DNA of 64,000 bases from Octopus vulgaris. Taxonomy: Eukaryota. The stretch spans positions 22,196,001 to 22,260,000 of the forward strand of contig OX597826.1 of assembly GCA_951406725.2 (NCBI GenBank). The letters run 5' to 3'. Made by a program: the position numbers and the translations under genes. The notes under the pieces were generated by a model. It worked only from the letters and a program-made list of their open reading frames with translations. It searched no databases and was not told where the DNA came from. This document shows positions 53,592 through 64,000 of the stretch, piece by piece. How positions within the stretch are numbered: the first letter of the stretch is position 1; each line of letters opens with the position of its first letter.

Positions 53592-54049
53592 CTAAAATAA
53601 TAGAAAAATAAAATGAATGGAATTAAATAAAATGTATCAAAAGCTCAAAAATAGTCATCAAAATCAAACAAATTTATTCTCAAAGAGTTTTTTTTATGAA
53701 TTTCATGATAGAAACTAGCAAATCATCATCACCATTATCATGAGTCATAATGTTGTCTTAGTTTTAGTGTTGTATTATAATTACATTCACATCAAGGTTA
53801 CTTTATAGAAATATGAAACGAACACAGTCATTTATTTTATCAGACCGACCCCCCAGAAAGATGAGAGAGGAAGCTGAAGATTCTTTAATCTTTCAGATAT
53901 GAGGGCAATGCCACTATTGCAGGAGTCACAATAAATCCACTGAGGCAGGAGATTTAAAAAAATAGTTAGTGAGCAAGCTAAGATGTGGGATCAAGAGAGT
54001 CCTTTAGTCTTGTTAAGGACATGACATCTTCAGTGTTAATGCAAAAATA

Positions 54050-55315
54050 AAAAGCATTCAATACACTGTAAAAAGTAATTGGTGTTAGGAGGACCGTCCA
54101 GCCAGAGAAACCATGCCAAAAATGAAATGTTTTGAAGGACCTCCAGCCTGTGTAAGAGTGCAGAGCCTCTAAATGAAAACTCACTCAGATGACTGTGATA
54201 ACCTCTCCGATCCATACCAGCCTAGAAAGAGGCCTTAAAATGATGATGAGGAACACACACACACGTATGTATATAAACTGGGTATAAGAGGAATTAGATG
54301 TTGTGTTCAAGAGAGAGGAGGACTGCACTGGTATCGTTATGCGATGCTGCATATGGATGAGGAAAGCTGTATAAAGGTGTCCTGTTTGCTTCATGTGGCT
54401 GGAACTTGCGAAAGAGGGAAACACAAGAAGACAAGAGATTAAGTGTGAAGGCTGACTTCAGGACCCTGAGCCTGACAGACGAGATGACAAAGGTCCAAGA
54501 TTTCTGGAGATATGAGGCTCTTACAAAGACTTGCTCTCCTTGCCAGAAATGAGTTCTGGAAATGCTATGTTTCATATTCTCCCCCTATTACAGGGATCCA
54601 CCCACCACACACATAACGCCTGCCTCTTCCCCTTCCCCAAACTCCTACAGACTATGCAACCATGTCTCATATCTCTCTTCTTCCTTACATTCCACAGTGA
54701 CTCTATCACCTTTACTACTCTTGCTGCTTATACTCCCCATTTTTCTGCACCTCTCTAAGTTCCCCAGCTCATGGTTCTTGTACCATCTACCTTTCAACCC
54801 TACCCATTTTCGCAGTCTGAATCTTCACTCCATCATCTTTCTATGCAATCTTACAAACAACCCAACCACCAATCCATTTCTACTCAGCTTGAGCCCTGTG
54901 GAGCCACCTTAGTGCCTTCTATTATTTATCTCTTGCGGCCCCTACTGATCATTTTTCTCTCTCCCTCTCCCCACTTTCCCTTACTAGATGTGAGATCTCT
55001 CTACAAGAACATACTTTGTCTACTTCATCTCATAGTAATACCCTGGTCTCCTAGTATGAAGCTGATCTACCCCCACCTTCTCCAGAATTAGCCCTGCAAA
55101 CTGCTTGGTGACCTCCATAGTGTAAGTGGCATAAAAAAAAGCACTCCGATTACCACTGTAAAGTGGTTGGTGTTAGAAGGGGCCGCATCCAGCTGTAAAA
55201 GCCATGCCAAAGCAAACACTGGTCCTCAATGCAGTCCTTGAATCCATTGGGTCCTGCCAAACCATTCAACCCATGCCAGCGTGAACCATGGATGTTAAAT
55301 GATGATGATGATGAT
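54050..55315 (+). mobile_element. Several RTE 3' fragments around a pyrimidine-rich segment
   Basis: caagagaggaggactgcactggtat; tail aacccatgccagc..(gat)n. Confidence 0.6.
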
Positions 55316-56244
55316 AAATATACATATATACATGAGGTTTTTCTGAAGATAATGTAAAAGCAAGCATAACTGTTTTATCAATTAATACAAGTTGTTCAAA
55401 TCACACACATTGGTAGAGTAATCCTTCAACTACACTAACACTTCTTCATTTCATTACAGATAAATAACAGGTTCCAAAAAGAGATCACATGCTGTCTGAC
55501 ATTTACAGCAGGTGATAGGTTATAGAGATGATGTCATTGACAAGAGTAATGGGCTGAGAAGGATGAAGTTTAAAAAGAGGGAAACTAACACTGAAGACAA
55601 AGTATGTAGTAGGAGACCATCAACTAAGACCACTGACACGAATAACCAGCAAGTTCCAATCTGTGAACTTCCATACATTATGGTGACAACTGGACTCAGG
55701 CTATAATCAGTGGCTTATGGTGGTTGTTGTATTGAGTGTGCTGTCACACCTAATGCCACCAAATTTCAAGCAGGGGTATAACAAAAGTTTTCTATTAAGA
55801 TTTGTGATTAAATTAACAAGTAAGGTTAATATTTATAATGAATTTGCAATTTTTGATGGGTGTGCAGCACACACCTAGCACCTCCCTAGCTATAATGTAT
55901 TACAAATGATGGTGGAAGACTTTGGGTATCAGGAAGTGTATATGAAGTGGGTACCTTAGAAGGAAAGAAGTGTGGAAGCCAACTGACCAACTGCCTCTCA
56001 GTTCATCCATCCATCTACCTCCATGCCTGCATGCATGCATACATATATGACCACATGTTAAAAGTATTGTTACATGTGTATTGAAAGCAGGGTTACATGC
56101 TGTATACTTGCAGAGTTATTTTGCATTATAGAACTTGTACTTGAAGACTTAATGAACCTTTAACTGAGAGTACAAAAGTACAAAAATAAATAAATGAATA
56201 ATCAAACAAAACAATCTGAATTAAATAAATAAAATATAAATTAC

Positions 56245-56318
56245 AGGTAGATAAACCGCATTGATATATCGTGGCTGGCCATCAGGTGCAGGCTTTAGAT
56301 ATGGTCGATACAAGTCAC
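56245..56318 (-). CDS. RPTP exon: D2 YINA motif
   Basis: tttcag|GT...CCT|gtaatt; (S)DLYRPYLKPAPDGQPRYINAVYLP. Confidence 0.92.
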
Positions 56319-56581
56319 CTGAAATTTGAAAAAAAATTGTAAATGAATTTATAATTTCTATAGTTTGCTCCATGAGGAAGATGTTGTAACCCTTACACAT
56401 TTGACATGGCCCTTCGATTATCTCCCCACCTTTTGTAGAAAATTTGCTGATTAAATTTATAGATTTGAAATGTCCCAAGTTATTCAGCAGTAAATATGTA
56501 GGTAAAAGGACTTTATAAATTTCCTCCACAGAATGAACAATCACAATGCAATTAGATCTAAAAACAATATTTATTACTTAC

Positions 56582-56684
56582 TAGCAAGAATATTTTTCAC
56601 ACGCGTTTTATTCAAATTATTTTTCAATTTTGCTGTTTCTAAAAATTCTTGTGATGTATGAGGATATTCGAGTTCTTGTAGTTC
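56582..56684 (-). CDS. RPTP exon: start of D2
   Basis: ttcag|GAA...GCTA|gtaagt; ELQELEYPHTSQEFLETAKLKNNLNKTRVKNILA (degenerate KNRY motif). Confidence 0.88.
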
Positions 56685-57574
56685 CTGAATGTAAATGAAA
56701 TATTTAGAAATTTACTTAGTTAAAATAAAGAATAACAAGTTGTGTTTTAGCTACATCATGAATTCCAGGCTCAACTGATTGGGGCTGATAGCATTAAGTA
56801 TGGTGCTTGCTACCTTGACCATGAGTTACAGACTAAAATCTCTGGCAGCAGAAAGATGAATGTGATAACACCGAGGTTCAGTTCATGAATGCTCAAGGAT
56901 TGTAGGAAACTTGCCTGTGGTCTTTAACATTTGGGGGTTTGGCAATATAAGTTCTATAGAGTACTAGGAACTAATAATGGAATAGTGACACTCTAGTCTA
57001 TTATTAATCAAAATATCAGTAGAAACAGGTGGCAACTGACATTTCATGGGTCTAGATATGTAAGGAATAAATTAATTAGAGTAAAGTGAAAAATTAACCT
57101 ATCTTGATGACTTCTGAATATAACAATACCTGTCAGGACTACAACTGTCATCGAAAGACAGACACAACAGTGGCAAAAGACCACTTTTCAATAGTATTAT
57201 GTATACAGACATGATTTTGTGATTATGTATCAAAATTTTAAACTATCAACATAATGAAAATGCAGATTTAAAAAAGTCAAAATAAATTAATCATTTGCTT
57301 AATGCAAATTAATGAAATGAAATATATATTCACGACAATCTTACAATCTTTAAGCCTTAGAATGTTTTGCAATTGAGAATTTTAGGATAACATCTCTGAC
57401 CAAAGCTGGGAGAGTTTCCAGTTAATAAGAAAAATAACTATACACTATTTGCTTGCATTTAGGGGAAGGGAAATCAATTGTGATGACATCACGAACAATA
57501 TAGAATTTTGTCATTGTTTAATCCCAAGCTTGGTCTGACTATATAAACCTATGATTAAGGCATTCTGGTTGTAA

Positions 57575-58110
57575 TCATCATCATCATCGTTTAACGTCTG
57601 TTTTCCATTCTAGCATGGGTTGGACAGTTCGACTGGGGTCTGGGGAGCCAAGGGGCTGCACCAGGCTCCAGTCTGATCTGGCAGTGTTTCTACAGCTGGA
57701 TGCCCTTCCTAACGTCAATCACTCCGTGAGTGTAGTGGGTGCTTTTTATGTGCCACCGGCACAGGTGCCAGGTGAGGCTGGCAACGGCCACGATCAGTTG
57801 GTGCTTTTTACATGCCACCAGCATGGAAGCCAGTCAAGGCGGCGCTGGCATCGGCCATGTTCGGATGGTGCTTTTTACATGCCACCGGCACAGGGATCAC
57901 AACAACAATTTCCATTTGATTTTTGATGTTGATGTACTTGACTCAATAGGTCTCCTCAAGCACAGGGTCGAAATGGTGTTTCTTTACTTGCCACCTGCAC
58001 AGGAGTCAGTCCAGTGGCACTGGCAATGGCTGGGTGCCAGTCATAGGATTTGGTTCAATTTCGATTTCACTTGCCCCAATAGGTCTTCGCAAGCAGAGTC
58101 TTGTGTCCAA
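57575..58110 (-). mobile_element. RTE 3' UTR copy
   Basis: Closely similar to 18100-18500 and to the reverse complement of 30360-30760. Confidence 0.85.
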
Positions 58111-58414
58111 TCATTAGCTATTTATCCCAAGAGCACATTGTTCAATGTATATTTTTTTTAAAGAAGGTACGACTTTGAGGAAGATTTGGCAACTATCTCT
58201 ACCAGATTGAATGACCACATACAGGATTCCTTGTTAAGGGATTCTACATGTGGTCATTCATGTTGGAGAGAGATGTTTTAGCATGAAAAAATGTGATGCA
58301 AAAGAGTGACATTCTTTGTTTTAGGAAAAAAAAAACCCAACTTCTTTGAGTTTAGACTCTCAGATATCTGATAGCAGGAGAAATGTTTTAACTGAAAGAT
58401 TCTGTTAAACGAAC

Positions 58415-58570
58415 CTGGAAATGTTGCTGCAGAAGAGTTTTACAAGAAACATTTTCCTCATTTTCTTCATTTAACTTCTGATAAAAACTGGGGAAATTCT
58501 CAATGGTTACTTGTGTCTGCTGTAAAAATATACTTTCCACAAGCGCAAAGTAAATGAATTCATATTGATC
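58415..58570 (-). CDS. RPTP exon: end of D1 and D1-D2 linker
   Basis: tttttag|GAT...CAG|gttcgt; DQYEFIYFALVESIFLQQTQVTIENFPSFYQKLNEENEENVSCKTLLQQHFQ (156 nt, phase 0/0). Confidence 0.9.
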
Positions 58571-58839
58571 CTAAAAAGAAAAGTAATAATGTTATTAATT
58601 CGTTTCATATCAGCATACAGCTTTGCTATTTTTCCAACAATTATAAAATTAATACTAAAACATTGATTTCTAGTTTTGTCACAAAGATGCAACTTTTCTG
58701 AGTTGAGGAACAGTTAATTATTTCAACTCCCAGCAGCCCATCCCTACGCATTTTAAAATATAATAAGGCTCATTCTTTTCTAGGTCTGATCATACCATTT
58801 GTGTGTGTGTTTGAGAGAAAGTGAGGAGAGATTGATCAC

Positions 58840-58980
58840 TGGACTGGTACTTTATTTATCTATCGTGAAAGGAAGGCAAAGTTGACATTGGCAGGATTTG
58901 AACTTAGACCACACGCAGCCAGAATGAAAATTGCCAAAGTATTCCTGCCAATACTTTAATGACTACCAATTTGATGCCTT
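58840..58980 (-). mobile_element. SINE copy (same family as the 32-39 kb cluster)
   Basis: ctggtactttatttatc..gaaaggaaggcaaagttgac..ggatttgaac. Confidence 0.6.
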
Positions 58981-59554
58981 CACACACACACACACACACA
59001 AACACCACACACATGTACACATGCATGCACATGCACACACACACACAGATGCTTATATACACTGATATATAGATATATTTATATCACATAAGTATACACA
59101 ACACACTATGTATAATGCAAACTGACAATTATAAGATATACATAATATATACACTTGGTGACATATATCTAATATACTAGATTTTAAAAAAGAAGGCCTA
59201 GACACATAATTATAAATATCCAGCAGTGGGAACACCATGATGCACAGTGAAGTGGGTGACAGAAAGTCTCCCTTTGTTCAAATCATGGAAACAGAAAGTA
59301 TGCCAAGAGTCAGAAGTCTTTGATTGTCTTTACAGTCAGAATGACATGCTCAAATATTAATTCTTCACCTAGTTTTAATTATAAGAGGAAGTAGAATAAA
59401 ATGTCTGATAATAAAACAATAAATACTGCTTACAAGTTTTTTTTATATGATTTTGCCAAAGTGCCTACTTTAGATATTCTTATCATATATTCTTTGAAGT
59501 CCATTTAACCCAAACACGACTATAATAAGAAGTATAAATATAATGTTGGAGTAC

Positions 59555-59690
59555 CTCAATTTGTACCATATTCAGTCTGGCTTTTCTCATCCGATTTACA
59601 CATCCAAAAATATCTATGGTACCTTGATGTAAAGCTTCATCCATCAAGAAATCTAGGGCAATAAATGTGCCACTCCTGCCAATTCCAGCA
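59555..59690 (-). CDS. RPTP exon: D1 catalytic P-loop and Q-loop
   Basis: 136-nt exon, AG/GT bounded; (S)AGIGRSGTFIALDFLMDEALHQGTIDIFGCVNRMRKARLNMVQIE completes HCSAGIGRSG. Confidence 0.95.
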
Positions 59691-60466
59691 CTAAAACAAT
59701 AAAAAAACTTATAAACATGCAATAAATGAAAACAATTTAAATAAAGTAAATCCTTTTAATCCACATTAAAATATGTCATCAAGTTTAATTGTATTATTCT
59801 ATTGTTGAGTGTATGTATTTATGTTTTGGTAAATAATGGATGAGAAAATAGAGAAAATGAGAGGTTGAGTGTATTCCTTCCTTTGAGACTGACCACTCAT
59901 TCTATTTTTCAGGCTGAAGTAAGGCAGCAGTCAACGAAACAAGTTTAAAAGATGGGAAGAACAGAAATCTTTAAATTAATCATTTTCATTGGTGATTAAC
60001 TCTTTTGGAAAGTTCTTCAGATTGTTATTGAACCTCAACACCGAGAGGAATCAAGCTTTCTTATACTCGTATGGAGAATAGTGCCAACTAAATGTTGTTT
60101 TAGAAATTTATTTAAAGAAAATATTTGACTGTATAGACTTCAGTGATTGTCTGCCATTCTAAGGAAGATTGTTCCTACAGTGTAAAGTCTACATGAAAAC
60201 CAGGAAGTTGGTTACATGGTAAATGGTAAGCAAACTAATTATTTACTGGTTGACAAATTTCTACTAAAGAGATACACTAACGCGCAACCTTCTTCAGTAT
60301 AACAAATATCCATACTTTAAACCCTCTAAAGCAAAACCCATTTTGTCTCTGGGAGTTACAAATGGCTCCCCTAGAAAATATTTTTATTTTTCAATATACC
60401 ACTTATTTTGATATCGGCAGATAATGATTAAAAAATAAAGGATGTTGTTTTTCATATGCACTTGTG

Positions 60467-60765
60467 TGGAGGCACATGGCCTAGTTGTTAGAGCAGCGGA
60501 CTTGCGGTCAAGGGATCGCGGGTTTGAATCTCAGACCGGATGATGTGTGTGTTTATGAGCGAAACACCTAAGCTCCACGCGGCTCTGGCAGAAGGTAATG
60601 GCAAAACTTCTGCTGACACTTTCGCCACAACTTTCTCTCACTCTTTCCTCCTGCATCTTGCAGCTCACCTGTGATGGACCAGCGTCCCGTCCAGGTGGGG
60701 AACCTATACGCCAAGAAACTGGCCCTTATGAGCCAGGCATGGCTCGAGAAGGAACAAACAACATA
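60467..60765 (+). mobile_element. tRNA-derived SINE with V-domain-like block
   Basis: A box tggcctagttgttag, B box gggtttgaatctc; cctgtgatggaccagcgtcccgtccagg resembles the V-SINE motif (from memory); (aac) tail. Confidence 0.75.
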
Positions 60766-62892
60766 TGTGCTTGTACACAGTCGGGAGTACAGATGTACAA
60801 ACTAAAATACAAAAAAAATGAAATAATGAATTGAAAGTTTGGTAATGGTGTTTATTTCCACCATGCAACACTTATGAGATCAGCATGTTGTCTATTGAGA
60901 AAGTGCTCTTTAGTAGAAGTAAATGCCAATGAAATCATTTCAAACCTTTCTGATGTCCCTTATCAAAACAGCTAGAACTTCTGCATCAATCTGACATATA
61001 AGTTATTGTCATCTGGGAAGAGGATTTTTTTATGCTCAAGAAAGAGAATGTATTTGATAGAAATTGTTGCAATACATATGTACTTCATATGAGTAGCAAA
61101 TTGTGGAGGATGGTAATCACTGTACTTGAATCTGGTTAGTTTGAGTCACAAAATTAGCCCCCTTTTAAAATGATGTAAAGAAATCTGAAAATTTGTCATA
61201 TTGAACATTCCTTTCTTATTCAGGATCTAGTGTAGCAGGCTGGATGTAATGTGCCATATCAATTTGATATGATGTCATCCACTACTGAATGTCGCTTATA
61301 GATGTAATGCTTCAAGGTTCTCACGTCAGAGTAACCAGTGAACATCGAAGAATTAACTCCAAGAAAGAAGAAATGTTATTTACATATATTTATTCATTTA
61401 CCCGACAGGTTGTTACAGAGACAGTAGCAATTCTAGTGATAGTGACGACAAGGATGACACGCTGGTTAGTAGTTGATCTGTAGAAAAAGGTTGTTTGTCA
61501 GTAGAGAGGGAAAGAGTAAGGTATTTATGGTGCTGACTAGAAAGGAAGAAAGGATAAAGGCGGTATTGCCTTTCTTACGGCCCAAAGCCTCTCTTCGCAT
61601 GTCGAGCAAAGGGCAAAGGGAAGTGCTGCTCTTGGTTAAGGCTGATGCAAAAGCGGGTGTTGTTCTTTGGTCTGGCTGACACCTAAGAGCCGGTGTTGCC
61701 CCTTGGTCATAGCTGACACATAAGAGGAAGAGATAGAAAATTCTCTCTGTTATATAGGCTATGGTCAGTAATGTAGGTCAAACCTTAAACAAAGGACTGA
61801 TCTTTCCTTGACCAGTACAGGTCCTAGGAGGTGGAGTGTTTCCTCATCAATCATGTAGTGTGGAGGATTTCTCGCTCATTTTGACGAGCAACAAGCTGGT
61901 AGATTTGGTTTCCAATCTCAAGCAGGGTGAGACCCTTACACTAGTTTGTTTCATTCACAAAATCTGCATTTTTTAAAAGGAAGTAAAAAATCTGACAATT
62001 GGTTATCTTGATATGCAGATTTCCATGCTTTTTCCTTGTGAAGCCATGAACTTTTGGAGAAAAATTTGACACACAAAATTTTTTTGCTTTTATTCATTAC
62101 TTCTTTTCCTTTTAGTTGTCTGTCACTATTCATCTGTTTTTTGTTTTTTTGAAGGGGGCTTCACTTTAGTGACACCAGTTATACATGGTTCCAGAAATTT
62201 GCTTGATGTCGCTAAAGTGGAAAAAGTGTTTTAAGTTTTTGAAAATTTGAAATGAAAAGACATGTTTTTTTTAAAACTGACTGTCACAGAGATAAGAAAA
62301 TATAGCCGTTACTTGTTAATTTCAAATTAAACTTACCAAAGTTGAGGGTCTTCTAGTGCCCCTCTAGCACCTCCAAGTCTTTGCTCCAAAATGCCCCCAC
62401 CAAGCTTCAAATGGTCCCTGTTGAGAACCTTTGCTCTAAAATATTCTAGGGTTTCAATTATGTTAAACAATCACTCAAATAATCTGCAAGTATCAAAAAC
62501 TGAAAAACTTTCTAAAATTATTCCATTTCTATTACAATGGATGCAGATATTATCTGAAGTTTATGTTTCATCTATATGGTTATATATACAATCTCACTAC
62601 AAGTCCTTTGGGCTAGAATCTTATATCATAACCAAGGTCAACCAATAGACTATATCAATAATTTGGTAAATAGAAGTTGTGTTGAAGCATGTTGCAAGAA
62701 CTGTTCCTTTCATTGAGTGGCCACCATCTGGACTCCTGACTATCTTTGGTGGAGTCCACTTTGTTGTAACCATTTGGGCCCAGTCATTTGTTAGAGGATC
62801 TGGGATAACTTCCTTCATCTAGGAAGACCTGTAAACATTATGGGCCTCTGACAAAAAAAAAGAAAAAAAGGGAGCAGTGAAATAACATTTAC

Positions 62893-63044
62893 CTGCAGTG
62901 TACCACAAGTGGTCCAGTTTCTGCCTCAGAATCATTACGAATTTTCATCATGAAATTAACTAAACCTGTTGGAGTTGGAGGAACTCCATGATCTGACCAG
63001 GAGGTAAAGTGAAACTGATCCAGTTTTCTCACTGGTTCTTCACC
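62893..63044 (-). CDS. Receptor-type protein tyrosine phosphatase, exon 1 of 10 in window (D1 WPD-loop region to VHC); gene continues beyond window end
   Basis: ttttag|GGT...TGCAG|gtaaat; translates GEEPVRKLDQFHFTSWSDHGVPPTPTGLVNFMMKIRNDSEAETGPLVVHC(S); phase 2 joins next exon. Confidence 0.93.
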
Positions 63045-63114
63045 CTAAAATAGAAGATGAGAGAATATGAAACGACAGTGCTCAGGTGAAACAATGTTCT
63101 GTATATTGTTGTGG

Positions 63115-63435
63115 GATTGCAATGTTATTATCAGTCCAAATATGCTTGATGCATGTTCAAATTGGGCAACAAGTGACTCACTGCATTTTGTCATGGAGAA
63201 TATATCTGGCTAGTTGACAAATGGTGTGTATATACTTAGACCAGCTTGCAGCACTATCCGTCTAGGCTGTGAGATGCTAGCATCTTTAGGTAGATGGCAC
63301 TGTGAGTTGATCTAGGTGTATACACACCATTTGTCAACAAGAGAGAGATATTCTCCGTGACAAAACGCAGTGAACAGCTTGTTCCCCAGTTTGAATGTGC
63401 ACCAAGCATACTCGGACTGATAATAACATTGCAAA
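63115..63435. repeat. ~320-bp fold-back palindrome
   Basis: tgcaatgttattatcagtcc vs ggactgataataacattgca; gttgacaaatggtgtgtata vs tatacacaccatttgtcaac; centre agatgctagcatct. Confidence 0.85.
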
Positions 63436-63479
63436 TTCACTTATTACTGCTTAGTGCTTCCCCTCCGCTCCATAATTGT

Positions 63480-64000
63480 TGATCACATTATTTGTTAATG
63501 CCTCGTTATCCCTCATCCCAGGGTCTCACAGGCCCACACCTCCCACACCCTCAGAGTTGGCACATTGAAAGGTAGGTCTGGTGAGATTGTTGAGCTGCTT
63601 GAACGGAGACGTGTAGATTTGTGCTGCATCCAAGAAGTAAGGTGGAGAGGAAGTTCCACTAGATTCCTCTATAAGATGCACCAAGTGTAAGCTATGGACA
63701 CATAAGAGGTGCAGCAATGTCAAAGGAAGGCTAACTAGGAAGATAGTTTTTGTATGTGGCAGATGCTCAGGAGCAATAAATACTGAAAATGCACAGAGAC
63801 CAACTTTCGCCACATTCCAGGGAGAAAAACTAGAAGTAGTTGATAGCTTCCATTACCTAGGTGACCAAGTCAGTAGCAGGGGCAGGTGGGCTGAAAGTGT
63901 AACGGCTAGAATGAGAATAGCCAGGGCAAAGTTCAGGGAGCTCTTACCTCTGCTGGTGACAAAAGGCCTCTCGCTCAGAGTAAAAGGCAGACTGTATGAC
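63480..64000 (+). mobile_element. Internally deleted RTE copy (runs off window)
   Basis: APE N-terminus (DLCCIQEVRW) joined directly to IRCTKCKLWTHKRC and the C-terminal domain. Confidence 0.85.

Noticed and set aside
61200-62830. Extra PTP exons or an HDV-like ribozyme
   Set aside because: Flanking PTP exons already join in phase; the sequence looks like old RTE/hAT debris and no pseudoknot could be built

Overview
AT-rich, repeat-dense eukaryotic genomic DNA with spliceosomal introns. The repeat repertoire (RTE and CR1 LINEs, tRNA-SINEs, Penelope, Helitron, long TA/ATT/GAT microsatellites) suggests a coleoid cephalopod, probably Octopus; this is an inference. Two minus-strand genes were assembled by hand. 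(1) The last 10 coding exons (63044->38624) of a tandem-domain receptor-type protein tyrosine phosphatase: D1 has an intact HCSAGIGRSG but a WSD in place of the WPD loop, D2 is pseudophosphatase-like, and the protein ends YGNV. (2) Three phase-compatible exons (5034->4) of an unidentified small basic protein. The rest is mostly decayed transposons. The most interesting signal is a set of at least five sequence-distinct minimal type-I hammerhead ribozyme motifs, two with intact cores. Most sit in Penelope-like fold-back inverted repeats, often beside (TA)n tracts. Also notable: a Penelope 3' end carrying a tRNA-like Pol III head, a reverse-copied CCA-tailed tRNA-Trp fused to an LTR-like segment, a PHD finger inserted in the RTE ORF, and a strand-biased SINE cluster downstream of the PTP stop codon. 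Transposon boundaries are approximate. Exon boundaries and the two intact hammerhead motifs were read base by base.
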